This document shows, piece after piece, positions 1-8,821 of a stretch of 64,000 nucleotides of DNA (its first letter is position 1; every line of letters begins with the position of its first letter). Both the position numbers and the translations under genes were made by a program. Under the pieces are notes generated by a model. It was not told the DNA's origin. It did no database searches and was given only the letters and a program-made list of their open reading frames with translations. The stretch is from Halorutilales archaeon Cl-col2-1. GTDB lineage: Archaea > Halobacteriota > Halobacteria > Halobacteriales > Afararchaeaceae. Where the stretch lies: NCBI GenBank assembly GCA_041891055.1, contig CP169074.1, positions 672,001 through 736,000 of the forward strand, written 5' to 3'.

Positions 1-1145
1 TCGACTGGGGAGGGTCCTGCGTAGTTGAGGAACTCGATCTTTATCGGAGTGAGAGACGACCTGTCTACGTCGGCGGAAGGGACGCCCTCGGTCGACTTAG
101 CGGGTCTGTCGTAGAACTCGTGGCTCTCGCTCGTGATGAAGCCGACGTGGTTCTGGCGCGTCCTCTCGTCGAGTACGCCTCCCGTTCCCGCGAAGAGATG
201 CTCCATGAAGTAACGTCCGACAGCGCCGCTGGAGTTACCGAGTCCGTCGGGGTACTTCTCCGACTTCGAGAGGAGAAGGAGACGCGGGTTCTCGATCCCT
301 CCACACGCGACCACGAAGACACGTGCCTCCTGTCTGTGTCTCTCGCCGTCAGGGGTGACATAGACGACCGACTCGACTGAGTCGCCCGTGCGGTCGTGTT
401 CGAGACGGACTGCGGTCGATCTGTCTATCACGCGCGCACCCTCCTCCTCCGCCTTTCTTACGTCACGGGTCGCGTCGTACTTGGCTCCCGAGGGACAGAC
501 GGGGTCACAGGTGCCGTATCCGACACACGCTGGCTCGCCGTCGTACGACTCGGAGTTACGCGCGTTCGGAACTCGATGTACTCTGATACCGAGTTCGTCA
601 CACGCCTCCTCGAAGAGGGAGTCGGAGTAAGACGGTTCGAAGCCCGGTAGGGGATACTCGTCGTCTCTAGGGGGTGCAAAGGGGTTGTCGCCGCTACCCG
701 AGACTCCTAAACGTCTCTCCGCCTCGGCGTAGTAGGGCTTGAGGTCGTCGTAGCTCAGAGGCCAGTCCCTCGCGACTCCGTGTCTCGTCCGTGTCTCGAA
801 GTCGGACTCGTGGAGACGCATCACCATTCCCTGCCAGTGAAGGGTCGATCCCCCGACAGCCTTGACACGTGTCGCGTTGAGAGGGTAAAAGAGGTCGCCC
901 GACGAGGTGTAGGCGTCACGTTCGCCTCCCATCTCCCAGACTGAGAGGTCGTCGTGTCCGGGTCTTATCGACCTCTCCATCCTCTCGTCCCTGTCTCGCG
1001 GGTCGAACCTCTTTCCGGCTTCGAGAACGGCCGTCTCGTGTCCTCTCTCTGAGAGCTCGTGAGCTATCAGTGCACCCGCAGGACCCGATCCTATTACACA
1101 GACGTCGACCCTCTCCGACGGCGTCCTGTCGGTCTCCTCAGACAT
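1..1145 (-). CDS. GMC-family (glucose-methanol-choline) FAD oxidoreductase, runs off the left edge of the window
   Basis: Manual minus-strand translation from ATG at 1145: MSEETDRTPSERVDVCVIGSGPAGA (FAD-binding GxGxxG), later VKAVGGSTLHWQG. Overlaps the stop of the upstream gene. Not in the ORF track because it is truncated. Confidence 0.85.
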   Translation of the reverse strand, partial: MSEETDRTPSERVDVCVIGSGPAGALIAHELSERGHETAVLEAGKRFDPRDRDERMERSIRPGHDDLSVWEMGGERDAYTSSGDLFYPLNATRVKAVGGSTLHWQGMVMRLHESDFETRTRHGVARDWPLSYDDLKPYYAEAERRLGVSGSGDNPFAPPRDDEYPLPGFEPSYSDSLFEEACDELGIRVHRVPNARNSESYDGEPACVGYGTCDPVCPSGAKYDATRDVRKAEEEGARVIDRSTAVRLEHDRTGDSVESVVYVTPDGERHRQEARVFVVACGGIENPRLLLLSKSEKYPDGLGNSSGAVGRYFMEHLFAGTGGVLDERTRQNHVGFITSESHEFYDRPAKSTEGVPSADVDRSSLTPIKIEFLNYAGPSPV

Positions 1146-1677
1146 CTGGACCCCTCGTGTAACTCGAAGTACCGCCCGGATGTCCCTGTGGGTTCTCAAG
1201 ACCCACTAGCTCGCCTCCCGTAGGTGTGGTGTAGAGGGCAAAGAGTAGCTCGTTTACGACGTGGTACCTCACCGCCTCGACTCCTGATCCCTCGGGGTCT
1301 GGGTCAGCCGTGTCCGCGCCCATCGCCCTGAGAGCCTCGTCCCTCTCGTCGCGGCTAAGGTCGGCGAACCGGTCACCGTACCACGACTCAGCGTACTTGT
1401 CGAGATAGGCGACCGCATCAGAGAGGCGTTCGGCACGGTCGGGCGAGTCGTGTGCCCGGCTGAGAACGTACGAACTCACGAACTCCTCGGTCTCGTCGGC
1501 TTCGAGTTCGGAGGGGTAGACAGTCTGGGCGGCGGCGACGAATACTTCGACCTCTTCGTCGGTGAGGGGTTTTGTCCCCTGATCGGATTCCTCGGACTCC
1601 TCGACAACGACTAAAGACGCGCCTCCGACACCGACGGCAGCAAGCGCAGCCATCAGGTCACGTCTCGTGAGCTTCAT
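1138..1677 (-). CDS. Gluconate 2-dehydrogenase subunit 3-like protein with Tat signal
   Basis: N-terminal TRRDLM twin-arginine motif, FADLS..ER..AL segment, C-terminal YTTPTG..LVG..NPQG; lies next to a GMC large subunit. Confidence 0.75.
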   Translation of the reverse strand: MKLTRRDLMAALAAVGVGGASLVVVEESEESDQGTKPLTDEEVEVFVAAAQTVYPSELEADETEEFVSSYVLSRAHDSPDRAERLSDAVAYLDKYAESWYGDRFADLSRDERDEALRAMGADTADPDPEGSGVEAVRYHVVNELLFALYTTPTGGELVGLENPQGHPGGTSSYTRGPDV

Positions 1678-3695
1678 ACTTCCCCCTCGGTTTCGGCGTG
1701 AAGGTCGGTTCTGACGAAGACGCCTTCGGGAGACGACTCTGGGACATAGGCTCCGCCGTAGCCGTCACACAGACGTACGTCGTCACAGTACTTCTTCCGA
1801 GGTGTGAGTCCACGTACTCCCGTCTCAGACTCGACAGGTAGTGAGAGACGGTACTCGAAGCTGTTCCCGAAGCCCTGGTCTACGAAGACTACGACTTCGA
1901 CGGTCGAGGAGTCTCCGAGTTCGACAGAGACGTTTTGAGTTGAACCGGAGCTCGAGACAGACCTAAGACGAACCTCGTCCCGTGTCACGCCGAGACTGAG
2001 ATTCACTGACTCCGACCCTGAGGCGTCGGGGAAGGTCACGAACTCGGTTCCCTCGTCGGTCGTTACGGTCGCTGTGATCTCGTCGTCTTCATCGGGGTCG
2101 GGAATCCCGAGAGTAGCGTCGAGGCTGAGACGGCTGCCCTCAACGTGTTCGATCTCTTCGAGACGCGCTGTCTCGGGAGAGCCGTCACCGGGCGACCAGA
2201 CGCCGCGGTACGAGTACCTGTAGAGAGTCCTGTCGGGGTACTCGTCGACAAGATCGAAGGGTCTGTCGTCGATCACATAGATGGCGTCGCCGTCGTAGTC
2301 GGGACTGTTCCGGAGGTACTGGAAGGGATGAGCCAGCCAGTCGCCGTACGGGTCAGGAAGAAACACGACCGCGTTCTCGAAAGACGTCTCCTCGAAGGGC
2401 TCGTAGACATCGGAGTAGGTTCGTGTAACCTCGGCGTTCCGGGAGATCTTCTCCTCCGCCTCGACGGCTGTGACGCCACCGAAGACCGCCGCCGACAGAA
2501 GCACGACGGCTGTGATACCTCGTGTGCTCACGCCTGTCCTGAGACGTCTGTAGAGACCCACCGCACCCGCCGACGCGAACGCCGCGGTCGGAACCAGGAG
2601 GTCGAAGTGGTAGTAGGGTCCGAAGAACGAGACTAAGCCGTCGCCCGCGGCGTCGAGGTCTCCGAGTATGTTGAAGTTGCCCCAGAAGTAGAGGTTTCCA
2701 GCGATCACCGAGACGAAGATGCCTGCGACGGTCGCCTTACGTCGGTCGATCCCGTCGTCGAAGGCAACGAGTAGACCGACTACTGCGAGGAGCCCTCCTA
2801 AGACGCCGCCCGCGATCCAGTCGGTGAAGAAGAGCCTCACAGCCTCGTAGTTCGACCTGAGGGCGAGTTCGGGCGTGTATACTATCTCGTGGCTGAGTAT
2901 ACGCCGTCTCCCGAATCCGATCCCGTCGAGCGGAGCGAACTCAAGGTAGGGAAATCCAAGAGGCGATCCCGTCATAACGGCGTTGTAGGCGACTGTGGCG
3001 GCGACTCCCGAGAGTCCGAGGACGGCGGTGGCTGTCTGTCTCGGGACTGCGACCCGCGGCTCGGAGTAGACTGTGTAGACGGCATGGACTATGAAGGGGG
3101 CTGCGAACAGAACCGCTGTGTAGGGACGTGCGAAGAAAGACAGACCGACTCCGACGCCGGCTAACGAAGCCCATCTGAGGTCGTTGAGACGGTCGGCTCG
3201 GAGGTACGAGTAAGCGAATACGAGGTTAAGGAGGGTCGTCGGCGCGTAAGGCAGGAAGACAGACGCGTCGACGATAAAGATGGGTGAGGCACCGACGAAG
3301 ACTGCCGCGAGGACTCCTGTTACGGAGTCGAACGCCTCACGTACCGTCGCAGAGACAAGTACGAGGACTCCGACAGAGACGCCGACAAGAGAGAGACGGT
3401 ATCCGCCGAGTAGCTCTCCGAGACTGAAGATTACCGCCGGGACGGGCGAGTACTTGGGGTAGAGACCGTCGTCGCCTTCGACGAAGAACCACGGCCGGAA
3501 GACACCCTCGACAGGTGGTTTAAGCCTCAGCTTTCCATCGAGGAGCATCGAAGCGTGGTGGAGATAGACCCCTTCGTCGTGGTTGAGAGAGTGGTACGCG
3601 AAGACGTCGGTAGAGACGGTCCAGACTACAATGCCCCCGAAGACGGCGACTAAGGCTGTGGCTATGGCTGTACGTTGACTTTGTTCGGTTTCCAT
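1674..3695 (-). CDS. GT-C fold (PMT/ArnT-like) multi-membrane glycosyltransferase with C-terminal extracellular domain
   Basis: NHDEGVY acidic motif after TM1, about 11 hydrophobic segments, FFARPYTA motif, soluble acidic C-terminus. Confidence 0.75.
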   Translation of the reverse strand: METEQSQRTAIATALVAVFGGIVVWTVSTDVFAYHSLNHDEGVYLHHASMLLDGKLRLKPPVEGVFRPWFFVEGDDGLYPKYSPVPAVIFSLGELLGGYRLSLVGVSVGVLVLVSATVREAFDSVTGVLAAVFVGASPIFIVDASVFLPYAPTTLLNLVFAYSYLRADRLNDLRWASLAGVGVGLSFFARPYTAVLFAAPFIVHAVYTVYSEPRVAVPRQTATAVLGLSGVAATVAYNAVMTGSPLGFPYLEFAPLDGIGFGRRRILSHEIVYTPELALRSNYEAVRLFFTDWIAGGVLGGLLAVVGLLVAFDDGIDRRKATVAGIFVSVIAGNLYFWGNFNILGDLDAAGDGLVSFFGPYYHFDLLVPTAAFASAGAVGLYRRLRTGVSTRGITAVVLLSAAVFGGVTAVEAEEKISRNAEVTRTYSDVYEPFEETSFENAVVFLPDPYGDWLAHPFQYLRNSPDYDGDAIYVIDDRPFDLVDEYPDRTLYRYSYRGVWSPGDGSPETARLEEIEHVEGSRLSLDATLGIPDPDEDDEITATVTTDEGTEFVTFPDASGSESVNLSLGVTRDEVRLRSVSSSGSTQNVSVELGDSSTVEVVVFVDQGFGNSFEYRLSLPVESETGVRGLTPRKKYCDDVRLCDGYGGAYVPESSPEGVFVRTDLHAETEGEV

Positions 3696-3724
3696 CGTCT
3701 ACCTCGTACTCGTAACCACGTGGT

Positions 3725-5341
3725 TCACCCGTCACCCTCCTGTGATATTATCACGACCATCGAGAGTCCCGAGACTGCGACCAGGACGAAGGCGGGGACG
3801 GCTGCCTGGCTGTAGAGTCCCGCTTCCTCGACCCGCCAGATGTAGGTCACGAGAGTGTCAAAACCCATGGGTCGGAGTACGAGTGTCGCGGGGAGTTCCT
3901 TCATAGTCGTGAGGAAGACTAGTGCCGCTCCCGTGGCTATTCCGGGGAGTACAAGCGGGAGTGTCACTGATCTGAACGCCTCGAGACGCGAGCTTCCGAG
4001 TGTGCGTGCCGCTTCGACTAGCTCAGTGTCGACCTGTAACGTCGAGGCACGTACAGAGCCTATCGCCTGTGGTGTGAAACGGACGACGTAGGCGAAGACT
4101 AAGAGGGGTACCGTCTTGTAGAGCGACGGCAAGACGTCGAGGCTGAATCCCACGAGGGCGATCGCTAGGACGATACCTGGGGTTGCGTATCCGACATACG
4201 GAATCCGGTCGGCTACGAAAGCCAGCTTTGAGTCGGAGACCGCCGACCTGAGGGCTATCGGGAACGCAACTACGACCGAAGCAACGGCGGCTAAGAGGGA
4301 TACATAGACCGAGTTCCAGCCGTACTCCCACGAGAACGACATCGTACCCGTGGCGTAGCCCGGCTGGTTGGTGAAGAGCCACGACCCGAATATAACAACG
4401 GGAAGGAGGACAGCCGCAAGTCCCACCACAGCTGGGAATACGACCGCGGGATACTGCCATCTTCCGAGGAGGTTGAGGCTTCCGACTCCACGTCTCCCAC
4501 GGCTCTCGTATGCCTTAGATTCGTCGACCCCTATACGTGATTCGATCATGAGTATGAGTGCGGTAATGCCGACGAGCTGGAGAGACAGGAGAGCGGCGTA
4601 GTCGCGCATGAATGCGTTGTAACGCGCGTATATGAACTGGGTAAAGACCTCAACGCGCATTATGTTCGGGGTTCCGAAGTCGGAGAGTGTGTAGAGAGCG
4701 ACGAGGAGAGCACCCGCTGTTATTCCCGGGGTTATCTGGGGGAGTATGACACGTCTGAACGACTCCCATCTGCCACAGTTGAGGCTCCGCGCCGCCTCGA
4801 ACAGCGACGCGTCGAGCGAGAGGAGAGACGCACGTGTCGTGAGAAAGACATACGGGTAGGTATACAGAGTCAGAACCACCGCGGCACCTGCGAAGCCGTA
4901 TATCTCGGGTAGTCTCTCGACGCCGAGAGGAGCAAGAACGTCAGCGAGAGTTCCACGAGGACCGAAAGCCGAGACGACAGCGAAAGCCCCGAGGTAGCTG
5001 GGTATTGCGAGCGGGAGAGCCGCAATTACCGTCCACGCCCGTCTGAGAGGTACGTCCTGTACGGTGAGGACGGCGAGAGGAACTCCTATGACGACGCTCG
5101 CTCCGGTGACCACGGCGACTAAGCCGACGCTTCTCACAAGAACCTCCAGTGTCGTTGAGTCAGTGAGAAGATCGAGGGATTCGGCTCCGAGACCCAGTAC
5201 ACCGACGAAGAGCCAGCTAAGCGGGAAGACAAGTAGGAGTGCGAGCACGAGACCCACGAGGGTCATGCCTGTACCGAGGGCGTCCGTGGTGTCACCGGGG
5301 AGCCTCTCCCGCGCCGTACCGATCAGCCTGTCAATGTTCAT
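3725..5341 (-). CDS. Fe3+/thiamine-type ABC transporter permease (two fused TM domains)
   Basis: Two EAA loops (EAARSLNCG, EAARTLGSS); FbpB-like size and motifs. Confidence 0.9.
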   Translation of the reverse strand: MNIDRLIGTARERLPGDTTDALGTGMTLVGLVLALLLVFPLSWLFVGVLGLGAESLDLLTDSTTLEVLVRSVGLVAVVTGASVVIGVPLAVLTVQDVPLRRAWTVIAALPLAIPSYLGAFAVVSAFGPRGTLADVLAPLGVERLPEIYGFAGAAVVLTLYTYPYVFLTTRASLLSLDASLFEAARSLNCGRWESFRRVILPQITPGITAGALLVALYTLSDFGTPNIMRVEVFTQFIYARYNAFMRDYAALLSLQLVGITALILMIESRIGVDESKAYESRGRRGVGSLNLLGRWQYPAVVFPAVVGLAAVLLPVVIFGSWLFTNQPGYATGTMSFSWEYGWNSVYVSLLAAVASVVVAFPIALRSAVSDSKLAFVADRIPYVGYATPGIVLAIALVGFSLDVLPSLYKTVPLLVFAYVVRFTPQAIGSVRASTLQVDTELVEAARTLGSSRLEAFRSVTLPLVLPGIATGAALVFLTTMKELPATLVLRPMGFDTLVTYIWRVEEAGLYSQAAVPAFVLVAVSGLSMVVIISQEGDG

Positions 5342-5348
5342 ACTCGTC

Positions 5349-6524
5349 CTATCCCGAAACTCCGGCTTCCCTCATGAGTTCGAGCGTGGGTTCAAGGTCG
5401 GAGAGCTCGGCTAGGTCGATCTCCGGAGGACTAAGCTCGTCGACAGTCGGCAGGTCTCCAACAGGCTCGACGCCCTCTATCATGGGGTAAGCGAAGCTCA
5501 CGGTAGTGAAGAACTCCTGAGCCTCCGAGGAGAGGAGATGGCGGACGAAGTTGTTGACGAGTTCGCCCTTCTGGGTTCCCTTTATACGTAAAGCCCCCGC
5601 GACGTTGACGAGAGCCCCAGCGTCACCCTGTGTGAACGCGAGATCTATGGGTGCGTCGGGTCTCTGGTTCTTGACCCTCATGGCGTAGTAATGGTTGGCG
5701 AATCCGGCGTCTAAGGCTCCGTCGGCGACCTGCTGTGAGACGACGTACTCGTTCGAGAAACGCTGTGTGCCCGCCTCACGCATCGAGACGAGCCAGTCAC
5801 GTGTGGCTTCACGTCCTTCGAGTATTCTCATCGCTGTCACGAACGACTGGAAGGCTCCGTAGGTAGGTGCCCATCCCATGCTTCCCCTGAGCGCCTCTGT
5901 TTCAGGGAACTCCTGAACCTTGTCGGGAATATCGTCCTCACTCAGACGGTTGGTGTTGTACGGTATGCTCCTCGCACGTCCCGCGACACCCACCCAGGCG
6001 TTGTCGGAGCCTCTGAAGCTCTCGGGAACCGGACTTACAACCTCGTCGCCGAGTGGCTCGTAGGCGTCGTTGTTAGCCACGTAGCTCAGGGAGCTAGCGT
6101 CGATAGACCAGAAGACGTCAGCCTGTGGAGCACCCCTGTTGACCTCGTTGACTACCGTCTGCGCGAGCGACGCAGAGCCCGCCGAGCTCGGTAGAACCTC
6201 GAAGTTGGGGTAGATCTCCTGTAACATATCGACGAACTCCATGTAGATACCTCCCTCTCCACCGCCTATGTAGAGGTTTAGTGTGCCTTCTAAGTCGGGG
6301 AGATCCTGTATCGAAGTACCTCCCGGCGCGGGACGTCCCTCGGCTAGGGCTCCCGATCCCCTGAAGCTACTCAGGGAGGGTATCTCGACCTCGTCCGTCG
6401 AGCCTGATCCCGACTCGTTTTGACTCCCACCACCCGTCAGACCCGCACATCCCGCGAGACCCGTCATAGAACCCGCACCCAAGACCTTCAGAACACGCCG
6501 TCTCGTGTAGCTGTCGTCGTCCAT
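5349..6524 (-). CDS. ABC substrate-binding lipoprotein, FbpA/FutA (Fe3+) type, Tat-exported
   Basis: TRRRVL plus LAGC lipobox; ADVFWS; NHYY tandem tyrosines typical of ferric-binding proteins. Start taken at ATG 6524. Confidence 0.85.
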   Translation of the reverse strand: MDDDSYTRRRVLKVLGAGSMTGLAGCAGLTGGGSQNESGSGSTDEVEIPSLSSFRGSGALAEGRPAPGGTSIQDLPDLEGTLNLYIGGGEGGIYMEFVDMLQEIYPNFEVLPSSAGSASLAQTVVNEVNRGAPQADVFWSIDASSLSYVANNDAYEPLGDEVVSPVPESFRGSDNAWVGVAGRARSIPYNTNRLSEDDIPDKVQEFPETEALRGSMGWAPTYGAFQSFVTAMRILEGREATRDWLVSMREAGTQRFSNEYVVSQQVADGALDAGFANHYYAMRVKNQRPDAPIDLAFTQGDAGALVNVAGALRIKGTQKGELVNNFVRHLLSSEAQEFFTTVSFAYPMIEGVEPVGDLPTVDELSPPEIDLAELSDLEPTLELMREAGVSG

Positions 6525-6527
6525 ACT

Positions 6528-6543
6528 TTTAGGTTCACCTAAA
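6528..6543. promoter_or_regulatory. DtxR/SirR-type operator palindrome
   Basis: TTTAGGT-TC-ACCTAAA, 3 bp upstream of the binding-protein start; matches the TTAGG-N4-CCTAA DtxR-family box. Confidence 0.75.
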
Positions 6544-6547
6544 CACA

Positions 6548-7696
6548 TTAAACGCTTGCGGTTTGTGTCGTCTCGGAGAGGTCTTCGAGGCAGTCGAGCC
6601 AGTCGTGCATATACTCGCCGCAGTAGCTAAGGAACTCGCCGTTGTTGAGGTCATCCCAGTCGCCCTCGACGAGTGAGTCGGCTATCTCTTCGAAGACCTC
6701 CTCGTACGACTCAGCGTCGTCACCGACCGAGTCGACAGTCTCCCAGAGATGCTCGTTGAGTTCGAGACCCGCGACCTCGTTCTGTAGGTCGCTGAAGGTC
6801 GACCGCGGAGCCTTGTTGTGCTCACACAGCGGAGCACCGTTGTAGATACGTCTGTCGAGGACGTCACACGCGCGTTTAAGGAAGATACCCGACCAGATGT
6901 CGTCGAACCTGCCGACCTCCCACGGGTTGTCGTCCATCGGAAGCTGGTAGAAAGCGGGTATTATCTCGGGATCGAAGGCGAGATTCATCGAACAGACCGT
7001 GAGGTAGTTACGGCGCGCTGCTACGAAGTCGTCGCCGAAGTCGTCAGGCGTGGTACGTGTCTGTGCCTGTCCGTTGAGGTCACCGTCCATCAGAATACGT
7101 ACGGCGTCGAGGTCGGGTACGTTAGTCCAGAGACCCTGTGACGCGACTACGCCGTCGACCTCAGTAGTTTTGGTCGAGACGTCCTCGTCCATCGCGGAGT
7201 AGGGGTAGCCTCGGGGATACAGACCCTTCTCGTCGACGCTCTGATACAGCACGTTGACCCAGCTCTCGTCCGACGAGACCTCTGTGATCTCTCCCTCGAA
7301 CTCCAGGTTCTCGAGATGGTGACCGAAGAAGTCGTAGTCGTCGTGGGGCAACGTGTCGTCGTCTATGAAAAAGCAGTAGTCAAAGTCGTTCGCCCAGACG
7401 TAGAGTAGACCGAAGCTCGTCTGTGCGTGGCTAGCCTCAGGTATCAGATGTGAGTACTCGTCGATGCCGTGTTTGGAGAACCAGTCGTCGCGCCGGCTAC
7501 TGTCGAATACCTCACCAGAGACCCCCTCGTCTTCGAGCATCCGCTCCATCTCGTCGGTGTCACAGAAATCCTCGGTCACGAGTAGAACGTGGAGACGTGA
7601 GAGGTCGAAGCCGTGTTGGCGTGCGTTCTCGAAGTAGCTTCTCATACAGCCGTACTCACGTATCGTGGGAACAACTACGCAGATGTCAGAGTCCAT
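6548..7696 (-). CDS. GT75/RGP-family protein (reversibly glycosylated polypeptide / UDP-arabinopyranose mutase-like)
   Basis: VVPTIR, FIDDD, RGYPYS, GLWTNVPDLDA, CSMNLAF and GRFDDIWSG motifs match plant RGP/UAM signatures. Confidence 0.8.
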   Translation of the reverse strand: MDSDICVVVPTIREYGCMRSYFENARQHGFDLSRLHVLLVTEDFCDTDEMERMLEDEGVSGEVFDSSRRDDWFSKHGIDEYSHLIPEASHAQTSFGLLYVWANDFDYCFFIDDDTLPHDDYDFFGHHLENLEFEGEITEVSSDESWVNVLYQSVDEKGLYPRGYPYSAMDEDVSTKTTEVDGVVASQGLWTNVPDLDAVRILMDGDLNGQAQTRTTPDDFGDDFVAARRNYLTVCSMNLAFDPEIIPAFYQLPMDDNPWEVGRFDDIWSGIFLKRACDVLDRRIYNGAPLCEHNKAPRSTFSDLQNEVAGLELNEHLWETVDSVGDDAESYEEVFEEIADSLVEGDWDDLNNGEFLSYCGEYMHDWLDCLEDLSETTQTASV

Positions 7697-7708
7697 CGAG
7701 TCGTAGTT

Positions 7709-7726
7709 TTTTAGGCAAGCCTAAAA
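7709..7726. promoter_or_regulatory. DtxR/SirR-type operator palindrome
   Basis: Perfect TTTTAGGC-AA-GCCTAAAA, 12 bp upstream of the RGP start. Confidence 0.8.
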
Positions 7727-8737
7727 GACTTCGGATTCTTCGTGAGTTGAGGAGACCCCAAGCGACGGGAACGCGATGCCACCGCCGACAAGGGTCACCG
7801 CGTTCTTGAGGAGATGGTCGAGTGCCGCCGCGGCGAGTGCGACTGACGGTTCGACTGTCGAGAGAGCCACGAAGACAGCGGTGAAGCCACCCTCGTAGAG
7901 TCCGACGCCCCCCTGTGAGAGCGGGAGTACCTTGGCTAGGTTACCGACGCTCACGGCTAGACTTCCGAGAAGAAGAGCCGTCAGGGGCTCGAGTGGAACC
8001 CCGACAGCGTAGACGACAGCTACACCCGTGAGGACGTCGAGGAGCCAGACCGCCGTGGTTCCGGCTCCGACATAGACGAGGCTCCTCGGCTGCCCCGCGA
8101 CACAGAGTACGTCTGAGACGAAGTCACTCAGGGTCTCGAAGACCGAAGACAGTCTTCCTCGAAGAGTCAGACGCGGGAGACGTCTGTATACCAAGGCTAC
8201 TCCGATGCCGACTCCAACAGCTCCTCCGGCTACGCCTAAAGCCGTCTGACCTCCAAAGGGTAGCCGCTGTGTCACACGGACTCCGCTCAGATGTAGAAGA
8301 GACGCCGAGACCACAGATATTCCGAGTACAGCGGCTAAGTCGAAACCTCTCTCGACGACGAGCGACGCCGCACCTGTGGTGTACGGGACGTCGGATCTCG
8401 ACTTGAGTATGTAGGCACGCACGGGATCGCCGCCCCTCGCCGGGAGCACGAGGTTGACGGTCTGGCTAGCGAGTACCGCCATCGTGAGGAGGCTGAGACC
8501 GTCTGTGTGCCCCATTGAACCGAGTATGTCGGAGTAACGTCTCCCACGGAAGAGCCACGAGACGGCATAGACACAGACGCCGACCCCGAGGAGAAGAGGA
8601 TCGGCAGACACGGCTCCTTCGACCGCGTCGTCGAAGTCGGCGTCCCCAAAGGCTACGAGGAGACCGCCAAGAGCTAAAGCTGTACCCGCGACTGCGAACA
8701 GACCGCGTCTCGACGTCCACTGTCTCACGAACTCCAT
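7721..8737 (-). CDS. Lysylphosphatidylglycerol-synthase TM domain (flippase-like) protein
   Basis: NLVLPARGGDPVRAY, ERGFDL and PLSQGGVGLYE motifs; multiple TM segments. Confidence 0.8.
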   Translation of the reverse strand: MEFVRQWTSRRGLFAVAGTALALGGLLVAFGDADFDDAVEGAVSADPLLLGVGVCVYAVSWLFRGRRYSDILGSMGHTDGLSLLTMAVLASQTVNLVLPARGGDPVRAYILKSRSDVPYTTGAASLVVERGFDLAAVLGISVVSASLLHLSGVRVTQRLPFGGQTALGVAGGAVGVGIGVALVYRRLPRLTLRGRLSSVFETLSDFVSDVLCVAGQPRSLVYVGAGTTAVWLLDVLTGVAVVYAVGVPLEPLTALLLGSLAVSVGNLAKVLPLSQGGVGLYEGGFTAVFVALSTVEPSVALAAAALDHLLKNAVTLVGGGIAFPSLGVSSTHEESEVF

Positions 8738-8748
8738 CTACCTCGTAT

Positions 8749-8768
8749 TTTTTAAGCCAGCCTAAAAA
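8749..8768. promoter_or_regulatory. DtxR/SirR-type operator palindrome
   Basis: TTTTTAAGC-CA-GCCTAAAAA (one mismatch), 11 bp upstream of the flippase-like gene start. Confidence 0.7.
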
Positions 8769-8821
8769 ACTTCGTATATCCGACAGTGTCGAGTCTGAAG
8801 AAAAGAGAAATACGTTCTACT

